DNA from: Burkholderiaceae bacterium | GTDB taxonomy: Bacteria; Pseudomonadota; Gammaproteobacteria; Burkholderiales; Burkholderiaceae_C | Reading direction: 5' to 3' | NCBI GenBank assembly: GCA_037190565.1 | Contig: JBBCJV010000017.1 | Location: 18,939 to 82,938, forward strand | Length of the DNA stretch: 64,000 nt | Position numbers and translations under genes: made by a program | Part shown: piece after piece, positions 55,186-64,000 of the stretch | Numbering within the stretch: position 1 is the first letter of the stretch | How the letters are laid out: each line of letters starts with the position of its first letter | The notes under the pieces: model-generated | The model's database searches: none | The model's input: the letters and a program-made list of their open reading frames with translations, nothing else | Told to the model about the DNA's origin: nothing

Positions 55186-55668
55186 ATGCTGCGCACGCTC
55201 AAGGACTTGTTCGATTCGGTGCTGGCGCCGCCGCGCGCCGTCACCGCCTCGCCGGCGGCCAACGAACACCGCCTGCAACTGGCCACCGCCGTGCTGCTGG
55301 TGGAGGTGATGGTGGCCACCGGCGACGTGTCCGAAGTGCAGCGCGAAGCGGTGATGCAGGCGCTGCGCCAGAAGTTCTCGCTGAGCGACGACGAAGTGGC
55401 GCGCCTGGTGGAACTGGCGGTGCAGACGCAGCGCGGCGCCACCGACTACCACGCCTTCACCTCAGCGCTGAACACCCAGCTGGACGAGGCGCAGAAGCTG
55501 CGCGTGATCGAGGCCATGTGGACCGTGGCCTACGCCGACGGCCACCTGGCCGACCACGAGCGCCACGTGCTGTGGCGCATTGCCGACCTGCTGCATGTGC
55601 CGCACGGCGCCTACATCAGCGCCAAGATGCGTGCGCAGGCGGCAGCGGGCGCCGGCAAACCGGCCTGA
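55186..55668 (+). CDS. TerB-family (tellurite-resistance-like) protein
   Basis: 160 aa, ...LATAVLLVEVMVATGDVSEVQREAVMQAL...VIEAMWTVAYADGHLADHERHVLWRIADLL, a TerB-like metal-binding helix pattern. Confidence 0.7.
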   Translation: MLRTLKDLFDSVLAPPRAVTASPAANEHRLQLATAVLLVEVMVATGDVSEVQREAVMQALRQKFSLSDDEVARLVELAVQTQRGATDYHAFTSALNTQLDEAQKLRVIEAMWTVAYADGHLADHERHVLWRIADLLHVPHGAYISAKMRAQAAAGAGKPA

Positions 55669-55700
55669 GCGCGTCCCGCACCCGGCGGATGCGGCGCGCC

Positions 55701-55732
55701 GGCGGCGGCCGGGGCTGCGGCGGGCCGCCGCC
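55701..55732 (+). terminator. 10-bp-stem hairpin GGCGGCGGCC-N12-GGCCGCCGCC between the TerB-like gene and tkt
   Basis: Read directly. No U-tract. Confidence 0.3.
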
Positions 55733-55768
55733 TAGAATCGTGGCCTCCCGTCGCAGCCCTTCGCGCCC

Positions 55769-57793
55769 ATGGCCTCCCACGAAAAAAACCCCCGGCTGAT
55801 GGCCAATGCCATCCGCGCTCTGGCGATGGACGCCGTGCAGGCCGCCAACTCCGGGCACCCGGGCGCCCCCATGGGCATGGCCGAGATCGCTGTCGCGCTG
55901 TGGAGCCGGCACCTGAAGCACCACCCGGCCCAGCCGCTGTGGGCCGACCGCGACCGCTTCGTGCTGTCCAACGGCCACGGCTCCATGCTGCTGTATGCCC
56001 TGCTGCACCTGAGCGGCTACGCGCTGCCCATGGACGAGCTGCGCAAGTTCCGCCAGCTGCACAGCCAGACGCCGGGCCACCCCGAGGTGGACATCACGCC
56101 CGGCGTGGAAACCACCACCGGCCCGCTGGGCCAGGGCATCACCAATGCCGTGGGCATGGCGCTGGCCGAGAAGCTGCTTGCGCACGAGTTCAACCGCCCC
56201 GGCCACAGCGTGGTGGACCACCACACCTGGTGTTTCCTGGGTGACGGCTGCCTGATGGAAGGCATCAGCCACGAAGCGGTGGCCCTGGCCGGCGCCTGGA
56301 AGCTGAACAAGCTGGTGGCGGTGTACGACGACAACGGCATCAGCATCGACGGCCCGGTCAAGCCCTGGTTCATAGACGACGTGGCCGGGCGCTTCGCCGC
56401 CTGCGGCTGGAACGTGCTGGGCCCGGTGGACGGCCACGACGTGGACGCGGTGGACGCGGCCCTGGCGCGCGCCAAGGTGTCGGAGAACAAGCCCACGCTC
56501 GTCATCTGCCGCACCACCATAGGCAAGGGCAGCCCCAACCGTGCCGGCAGCGCCAAGGCACACGGCGAGGCCCTGGGCGCCGAGGAAATCAAGCTCACGC
56601 GCGAAGCCCTGGGCTGGGCGCACGAGCCCTTTGTCGTCCCGCCCGAGGCCTACGCCGCCTGGAACGCCCACGACACCGGCGCCGCCGCGCAGGCGCGCTG
56701 GAGCGAAGCCTTCGCCGCCTACCGCAGCGCCCACCCGGACCTGGCGGCGGAGTTTGAGCGCCGCATGCGCGGCGAGCTGCCCAAGGCCTTCGTCACCACC
56801 GCGGTGGAATCCATCCAAGCCGCCGACACCGCGGCGCAAACCGTGGCCACGCGCAAGGCCAGCCAGATCGCGCTGGAAACCTTCACCAAGCTGATGCCCG
56901 AGCTGCTGGGCGGCAGCGCCGACCTCACCGGCAGCAACCTCACCAACACCGCCAGCACGCCGGCGCTGCGTTTTGCCGACGACGGCACGCCCAACGGCGG
57001 GCGCCACATCAACTACGGCGTGCGCGAGTTCGGCATGGCCGCCATCATGAACGGCGTGGCGCTGCACGGCGGCTACATCCCCTACGGCGGCACCTTCCTG
57101 ACCTTCAGCGACTACAGCCGCAACGCCATACGCATGGCGGCACTGATGAAGCGCCGCGTGGTGCACGTCTTCACCCACGACAGCATAGGCCTGGGCGAAG
57201 ACGGCCCCACGCACCAGAGCGTGGAACACGCCGCCAGCCTGCGCCTGATCCCCAACCTGGACGTCTGGCGCCCGGCCGACACGGCCGAGACCGTGGTCGC
57301 CTGGACCATGGCCCTGGGCAACGTCAGCCGCCCCAGCGCGCTGCTGCTGTCGCGCCAGAACCTGCCCTACCTGCCCAAGCAGGCGCTGGACGACATGGGC
57401 AAGGGCGCCTACGTGCTGGCCGACCCGGCCGAGGTGGGGCTGAAAGGCAAGCCGCGGGCGGTGATCATCGCCACCGGCAGCGAAGTGCACCTGGCGCTGC
57501 ATGCGCAGGCCGAACTGGCCAAGCGCAAGATTGGCGTGCGCGTGGTCAGCATGCCCAGCACCACCACCTTCGACCGCCAGGCCGTGGCCTACAAGCGCCG
57601 CGTGCTGCCCGACGGCGTGCCACGCATCGCGGTGGAAGCTGGTGTCACCGACGGCTGGTGGAAGTACGGCTGCGCCGCGGTGATAGGCCTGGACCGCTTC
57701 GGCGAAAGTGCGCCGGGCGGGGTGTTGTTTGAACACTTCCACTTCACGGTGGGCAACGTGGTGGACACGGTGCGCACGGTGCTGGGGCGCTGA
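55769..57793 (+). CDS. tkt: Transketolase
   Basis: 674 aa. ANAIRALAMDAVQAANSGHPGAPMGMAEIA, the GDGCLMEGISHEA ThDP motif, and THDSIGLGEDGPTHQ. Confidence 0.93.
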   Translation: MASHEKNPRLMANAIRALAMDAVQAANSGHPGAPMGMAEIAVALWSRHLKHHPAQPLWADRDRFVLSNGHGSMLLYALLHLSGYALPMDELRKFRQLHSQTPGHPEVDITPGVETTTGPLGQGITNAVGMALAEKLLAHEFNRPGHSVVDHHTWCFLGDGCLMEGISHEAVALAGAWKLNKLVAVYDDNGISIDGPVKPWFIDDVAGRFAACGWNVLGPVDGHDVDAVDAALARAKVSENKPTLVICRTTIGKGSPNRAGSAKAHGEALGAEEIKLTREALGWAHEPFVVPPEAYAAWNAHDTGAAAQARWSEAFAAYRSAHPDLAAEFERRMRGELPKAFVTTAVESIQAADTAAQTVATRKASQIALETFTKLMPELLGGSADLTGSNLTNTASTPALRFADDGTPNGGRHINYGVREFGMAAIMNGVALHGGYIPYGGTFLTFSDYSRNAIRMAALMKRRVVHVFTHDSIGLGEDGPTHQSVEHAASLRLIPNLDVWRPADTAETVVAWTMALGNVSRPSALLLSRQNLPYLPKQALDDMGKGAYVLADPAEVGLKGKPRAVIIATGSEVHLALHAQAELAKRKIGVRVVSMPSTTTFDRQAVAYKRRVLPDGVPRIAVEAGVTDGWWKYGCAAVIGLDRFGESAPGGVLFEHFHFTVGNVVDTVRTVLGR

Positions 57794-57796
57794 GCC

Positions 57797-58816
57797 ATGC
57801 GCCGCGGGCCGGCTGCTGTGGCCCTGTGGGCCGTGGTGGTGTGGGCTGCGGCGTTCGCCGGCGCCGCCATGGCCCAGCCGGCGGCGCAGATCGAGCCTTC
57901 GGCTGCATCACAGTGCCTGCAGGCCACCGACCCCGCGCTGCCCGAGCCGGAGTATCCCTTCCTGGAGTACAAGTCCGGCGACAAAGGCCGCGTCAAGGTG
58001 GCGCTGCGGTTCGCGCGCCCGGACCGCGCGCCCGCCGTCGAGGTGCTTGAAAGCGAAGGAAGCCCCGAGTTCGTGCAGAGCGTGCGGGGATACACCCGCA
58101 CACTTCGCGTGCCCTGTCTGCCGGCCGGCGAAACCGCCGTGTTAACCCAGGAGTACCTGTTTCGGACGAACTGGGACCGTGGCCACGCCAGGCCAGCCGA
58201 GGACGCCGGTCATGAACGTCGCCGCGAGCTGCTGAGCTGCCGCCAGCACGCCAGCGGTGACGTGTCCCCCAACTACCCGACGGACGCCCGACGCAGCGGC
58301 ACCGCGGGCAAGGTGCTGGCGCGCCTTCGCTTCTCCGCCCCCGATCGGCCTCCTGAGTTGTTGCAACTGGCCCACCACCGCGATGCGCGGCCGCTGGCGG
58401 CCACCGTCAGGACCTGGGTCAGGGGTTACCGCCTGCCCTGCATGGTGGCGGGGCAGGACGATCCGCTGGAGATCGTGCTGACCTTCGACTTCCGATTCGA
58501 AGGTAGCGCCGCGGGTTTTACGGCACTGACACTTCCACAGCTGATGCGAGTCGTCAAAGACTTGGACCAGCAGACGCTGCAAATCGACACCACCACCATG
58601 GGCTGCCCCTTCGAATTGCAGCTGCAGTATCGCCAACCCCACCTGCCCAACAGTGTGCGCCTCATCGGCGAGGCGTCCGCCATGCAAGCGCCCTTGCTGA
58701 ACTGGCTGCGCGACATCACGCTCGACTTGCCTGACCGCGGCATGGCCATCGTCTATGGGGATACCGCCGACATCGCCGTGCCCTGCCTGAAGATCGACCT
58801 CAAGCCCAAGGAGTAG
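57797..58816 (+). CDS. Secreted hypothetical protein with two tandem TonB-C-terminal-like repeats
   Basis: Signal peptide. Internal repeat: PEYPFLEYKSGDKGRVKVALRFARPDRAP...RTLRVPC and PNYPTDARRSGTAGKVLARLRFSAPDRPP...RGYRLPC. A third unrelated C-terminal domain follows. Confidence 0.5.
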   Translation: MRRGPAAVALWAVVVWAAAFAGAAMAQPAAQIEPSAASQCLQATDPALPEPEYPFLEYKSGDKGRVKVALRFARPDRAPAVEVLESEGSPEFVQSVRGYTRTLRVPCLPAGETAVLTQEYLFRTNWDRGHARPAEDAGHERRRELLSCRQHASGDVSPNYPTDARRSGTAGKVLARLRFSAPDRPPELLQLAHHRDARPLAATVRTWVRGYRLPCMVAGQDDPLEIVLTFDFRFEGSAAGFTALTLPQLMRVVKDLDQQTLQIDTTTMGCPFELQLQYRQPHLPNSVRLIGEASAMQAPLLNWLRDITLDLPDRGMAIVYGDTADIAVPCLKIDLKPKE

Positions 58817-58852
58817 GCGGCGAAACCCGGACGCCCCACCGCTGCCCCCTTC

Positions 58853-60222
<1,370 letters not shown>

Positions 60223-60253
60223 CACCGCCCCCTCACCACGACCGGCCCACCCC

Positions 60254-62281
60254 ATGTCGCGCCACCTCGGCCTCCCCGCACTGCTGTTGGGCCTGACCCT
60301 GTCGCTGGCCGGCGGAGCGGTGCTGGCCCAGCAAGCCGCCCAACGCACGGTGCAGCGGGCCGCACTGGGCCCGGTCGAAGGCGAGGTCATCGTGCGCTGG
60401 CGCAGCGAGTCGGTCACGGTGCAGCAGCACCCGCTGCCGCTGCGTGGCGAGGCCGCGCAGCGGCGTGTGCTGGCCGAACGTGCCGGCGCTGCCGGGCGGC
60501 GCCTGGGGCGCACGCTGGAAGACGGCGGCGCGCTGTCCGAACGCACCCAGGTGCTGCGCGCCCGCGGCGAGAGCGCCGCCGCGCTGGCGGCCCGCCTGGC
60601 CGCCGACCCCGATGTGGAGTTCGCGGTGCCCAACGGGCGCAAGCGCCGCCTGTCGGGCCCGCCGGACGACCCGCTGTACCCGGCCGCCGCGCCCGGCGTG
60701 CGGCCCGACGGCCCCGACAGCGGCCAGTGGTACCTGCGTGCGCCTACGGCCGATCTGCGCTCGGCGATGGACATCGAAGCCGCCTGGGCCCACACCACCG
60801 GCAGCGCCCAGGCGGTGGTGGCGGTGCTGGACACCGGCGTGCGCTTCGAGCATCCGGACCTGGGCCGCGCGGCACAAGGCGGGCGCTTGCTGCCGGGCTA
60901 CGACTTCGTCAGCAACCCCACCATCGCCAACGACGGCGACGGCCGCGACGCCGACCCCAGCGACCCGGGTGACTGGGTCACCTCGGCCGAGGCCGGTCGG
61001 GGCGACTTTGACGACTGCGACGTCACCGACAGCAGCTGGCACGGCACCGCCACCGCCAGCCTGGTGGCGGCGGCGGCCAACAACGGCGTGGGCATGGCCG
61101 GCGCGGCACCGGGCACCCGCGTGCTGCCGGTGCGGGTGCTGGGCAAGTGTTACGGCACCGATGCCGACATCATTGCCGGCCTGCGCTGGGCCGCCGGCAT
61201 CTCGGTGCCCGGCGTGCCCGACAACCCCACGCCGGCGCGTGTCATCAACCTCAGCCTGGGCAGCAGCGGCAGCTGCAGCGCGGCCTACCAGTCGGCCATG
61301 GACGAGATCACCGCGCGCGGCGTGCTGGTGGTGGCCTCGGCCGGCAACAGCGCCGGCGGGCCGGTGGGTTCCCCGGCCAACTGCCGCGGCGTGCTGGCGG
61401 TGGCCGCCTTGCGCCACGCCGGCACCAAGGTGGGCTTCTCCGACCTGGGCAGCGCCATAGGCATTGCAGCGCCGGGCGGCAACTGCATCAACATCCTGCC
61501 CGGCACGCCCTGCCTGTACCCCATCCTGGCGGCCACCGACAGCGGCACGCGCGGGCCGCTGGCTTCCACCTGGACCGACAGCTACAACATCACGGTGGGC
61601 ACCAGCTTCGCGTCGCCGCTGGTGGCCGCGGTGGCGGCGCTGATGGTGTCGGCGCGGCCGACGCTGGAGCCGGCGCAGATCACCGCCGCGCTGAAGGCCA
61701 GCGCGCGCCCCTTCCCCACCAGCGGCGCCGACAACGGTCCCGACGACCCGACACCGGTGCCCCTGTGCCGCACGCCTTCGGCCAACGTGGAGCAGTTGCA
61801 GTGCTACTGCAGCACCGCGCTGTGCGGTGCCGGCATGGTGGACGCCGGCGCCGCGGTGGCGGCGGTGGCCGGCACACTGGCCCACATCACGTTCAGCCCG
61901 GCGGCCCCCGCGCCCGGCAACCTGGTCTCGCTCGACGCCGCGGGCAGCCTGGCCGCCGCGGGCGCACACATCGTGGGCTGGCAGTGGGTGCTGGTGAGCG
62001 GCGGCGGCATCGTCAACGGCTTCGGCAGCGCCACCAACGCCAGCGTGGCAACCCTGACGCCCAGCGCCGCCGGCCGCTTCACAGTGCGCCTGACCGTGAC
62101 CGACGACCAGGGCGGGCAGTCCAGCACCGAGTTGGTGGTGACGGTCGCGGCCCCCAGCAACCCCAACCCGCCTGCCGCCTCGGGCGGCGGTGGCGGCGGC
62201 GCCATGGGCGTCGGCTGGCTGCTGGGCCTGGCCGCGGCAGCCGCCACCTTGCGCCCGCCGCGGCGCCGACGCCATGATTGA
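60254..62281 (+). CDS. S8-family (subtilisin-like) serine peptidase with a PKD-like domain and a GlyGly-CTERM-like sorting tail
   Basis: Signal peptide and propeptide. Catalytic triad motifs are VAVLDTGV (Asp), SSWHGTATAS (His) and GTSFASPLVAA (Ser). PKD-like FTVRLTVTDDQGGQSS. The tail is SGGGGGGAMGVGWLLGLAAAAATLRPPRRRRHD. Confidence 0.85.
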   Translation: MSRHLGLPALLLGLTLSLAGGAVLAQQAAQRTVQRAALGPVEGEVIVRWRSESVTVQQHPLPLRGEAAQRRVLAERAGAAGRRLGRTLEDGGALSERTQVLRARGESAAALAARLAADPDVEFAVPNGRKRRLSGPPDDPLYPAAAPGVRPDGPDSGQWYLRAPTADLRSAMDIEAAWAHTTGSAQAVVAVLDTGVRFEHPDLGRAAQGGRLLPGYDFVSNPTIANDGDGRDADPSDPGDWVTSAEAGRGDFDDCDVTDSSWHGTATASLVAAAANNGVGMAGAAPGTRVLPVRVLGKCYGTDADIIAGLRWAAGISVPGVPDNPTPARVINLSLGSSGSCSAAYQSAMDEITARGVLVVASAGNSAGGPVGSPANCRGVLAVAALRHAGTKVGFSDLGSAIGIAAPGGNCINILPGTPCLYPILAATDSGTRGPLASTWTDSYNITVGTSFASPLVAAVAALMVSARPTLEPAQITAALKASARPFPTSGADNGPDDPTPVPLCRTPSANVEQLQCYCSTALCGAGMVDAGAAVAAVAGTLAHITFSPAAPAPGNLVSLDAAGSLAAAGAHIVGWQWVLVSGGGIVNGFGSATNASVATLTPSAAGRFTVRLTVTDDQGGQSSTELVVTVAAPSNPNPPAASGGGGGGAMGVGWLLGLAAAAATLRPPRRRRHD

Positions 62282-64000
62282 GCACCGCTGGATGCGCCGG
62301 CTGCTGGCCGCAGCCACCTTGCCCTGGCTTTTCGCCACAGTCCCCGCCGCCGCCGAGCCGGCCCTGGGCCTGATCGTGCGCCTGAAGGATGCGCAGCCGC
62401 ACACGCAGGCACCGGCCCACACCCAGACGGCGCGCCGGCTGGCGGCCGCTGCCGAGTCCACCGCCCAGGCCGCCGCCGCACAACAGACACGCCGTGTGCT
62501 GCGCGAGGCCAGCCTGCGCGACGACGCCCGCCCGCGTGCCGTGGGCCGCGACCTGCAATGGCTGGACTTCGGCCGCGAGCTGCCGGCCGACGAGGCCCAG
62601 GCCCTGGCCAAGCAGCTGGCCGCCCACCCCGCGGTGGACTGGGTGGAGCCCAATGTGCGCGAAAAGCGCCTGTCCATGCCCACCGACCCGCTGGCCGGCC
62701 AGCAGTGGTGGCTGCGCGCCGCCGGCGGCAACAACCAGAGCGCGCACGACCGCCAGCGCGGCAACCCGGGCTTTCTCAGCGCCTGGACCAGCGGCCTGCC
62801 CGGCGCCACCGGCCGCCCCTCGGCCGTGGTGGCGGTGCTGGACACCGGCATCACGCCCCACCCCGACCTGGACGGCCGCCTGCTGCCCGGCTACGACTTC
62901 GTCAGCGAAGTCCTGTTCTCCGGCGACGGCGACGGCCGCGACGACGACCCCAGCGACCCCGGCGACTGGGTCAGCGCCGACGACCGCAACGACCCGCGCT
63001 ACGCCCACTGCGCCGAACAGCCCAGTTCCTGGCACGGCACCGTCATCGCCGGCATGCTGGCCGCCGGCACCAACAACGGCATCGGTGTGGCCGCGATGAG
63101 CCACGACGGCCGGGTGCTGCCGGTGCGTGTGGCCGGCAAGTGCGGCGCCACGGTGGTGGACATCATCGACGGCATGCGCTGGGCCGCCGGCCTGCGCGTG
63201 AACGGCGTGCCGCTGAACCCGCACCCGGCGCGCATCGTCAACGTCAGCTTCGGCGGCAACGACGTCTGCGGCAACGCCTACCAGAGCGCCGCCGACGAGC
63301 TGCGCGCCGCCGGCGTGGTGATCGTGGCCGCCGCCGGCAACGACCACGGCCATGTGGCGCGGCCGGCCAACTGCCGCGGCGTGGTGGGGGTGATGCCGCT
63401 CAACCGCGACGGCTTCAAGGCCCACTACGCCAACTTCGGCCCTGCGCTCAGCGACAGCGGCGTGGCCACTGTGGGCGGCGACGACAGCGGCGGCGGGGCC
63501 TGGGGCGCACTGCTGGGCGACACGGGCCTGGTCAGCGTGTGGAACGACGGCCGCCAGGGCCCGGGCCAGGCCGGCTATGCGGCGCTGTACGGCAGCAGCT
63601 TTGCCGCGCCGGTGGTCTCGGGCACGCTGGCGCTGATGCTCAGCGTCAACCCCGAACTCAGCGCCGCGCAGTTGGTGGACGGCCTGCGCCGCAGCGCCCG
63701 GCCGCACGTCACCTCGCCGCACATCGGTGTGTGCTCCAGCAGCAACCCCGGGCGCTGCCTGTGCACCACCAGCACTTGCGGCGCCGGCATCGTGGATGCG
63801 GCACAGGCGCTGGCCTACGCCGCCAACCCGCAGGCCTATGTGGCCCCGGCGCGCCAGGCCGAGGTGCTGGACCACGCCGACCTGCAAGCCGCGGCGGCCC
63901 TGGGGCCGGACCGGCCGCCCAACGCGGGCGGTGGCGGTGGGGGCGGGGGCGGCGGTAGCAGCGGCGGGGGTGGGGGCGGCGGCGCCGCCAGCCCGCTGTG
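62274..64000 (+). CDS. Second S8-family serine peptidase (paralog), 3' end beyond the window
   Basis: Absent from the ORF track because no stop occurs before the window end. I translated it manually: MIEHRWMRRLLAAATLPWLFATVPAAAEP..., VAVLDTGI (Asp), SSWHGTVIAG (His), GSSFAAPVVSG (Ser). It ends in a (Gly)n tract at the window edge. It overlaps the upstream gene by 8 nt. An alternative start is 62292. Confidence 0.8.
   Translation, partial: MIEHRWMRRLLAAATLPWLFATVPAAAEPALGLIVRLKDAQPHTQAPAHTQTARRLAAAAESTAQAAAAQQTRRVLREASLRDDARPRAVGRDLQWLDFGRELPADEAQALAKQLAAHPAVDWVEPNVREKRLSMPTDPLAGQQWWLRAAGGNNQSAHDRQRGNPGFLSAWTSGLPGATGRPSAVVAVLDTGITPHPDLDGRLLPGYDFVSEVLFSGDGDGRDDDPSDPGDWVSADDRNDPRYAHCAEQPSSWHGTVIAGMLAAGTNNGIGVAAMSHDGRVLPVRVAGKCGATVVDIIDGMRWAAGLRVNGVPLNPHPARIVNVSFGGNDVCGNAYQSAADELRAAGVVIVAAAGNDHGHVARPANCRGVVGVMPLNRDGFKAHYANFGPALSDSGVATVGGDDSGGGAWGALLGDTGLVSVWNDGRQGPGQAGYAALYGSSFAAPVVSGTLALMLSVNPELSAAQLVDGLRRSARPHVTSPHIGVCSSSNPGRCLCTTSTCGAGIVDAAQALAYAANPQAYVAPARQAEVLDHADLQAAAALGPDRPPNAGGGGGGGGGGSSGGGGGGGAASPL

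Overview
This is a 64-kb, high-GC chromosomal segment from a betaproteobacterium, most likely Burkholderiales. The evidence for that placement is four orphan Bug/TctC-family solute-binding proteins, a glnK-amtB / gshA-gshB / EIIA(Man)-HPr-EI backbone, hemE-priA, and tkt-gap. I support about 55 protein-coding genes. I found no rRNA, tRNA, CRISPR array, transposase or integrase.

Gene content, in order:
- A GntR-controlled locus encoding a pyrogallol-transhydroxylase/resorcinol-hydroxylase-like molybdoenzyme (alpha and beta subunits), flanked by two Bug binding proteins.
- A compact same-strand block of ccmI, ccmF (interrupted by an in-frame TAG), ccmH, a MocR-type regulator, haoA (octaheme hydroxylamine-dehydrogenase-type cytochrome c) and haoB, followed immediately by a vapBC toxin-antitoxin pair.
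- A LysR-headed catabolic operon: Bug SBP, FMN alpha-hydroxyacid dehydrogenase, TauD/TfdA dioxygenase, ThDP enzyme, SBP-like protein and amidase.
- An FAH-family gene, then ptsI-ptsH-EIIA(Man), gshB and gshA.
- A divergent NdvB-like (GH17+GT2) / NdvC-like (GH17) beta-glucan pair.
- A TorF-type porin-glnK-amtB operon with a sigma-54/NtrC-type control region.
- yifB/comM.
- An IclR-controlled LeuCD-like hydratase + isocitrate-lyase-family lyase + Bug SBP locus.
- priA, hemE, and LemA-TPM-TPM.
- A PEP-CTERM protein, an ABM monooxygenase-like protein, an M20 peptidase and a TerB-like protein.
- tkt, two inserted hypothetical genes, then gap.
- Two tandem S8 serine peptidases. The first has a PKD domain and a GlyGly-CTERM-like tail. 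The second runs off the window.

The most interesting candidate system is the hao block. It is an oxidative-type HaoAB in a heterotroph-style genomic context, with no cycA/cycB/amo genes in the window. It is physically coupled to a partial, private System-I heme-lyase set (ccmI-F-H) and a PLP-dependent MocR regulator.

All functional calls come from reading motifs and domain architecture in the translated ORFs. No database search was run, so family assignments are informed recognition, not computed hits.
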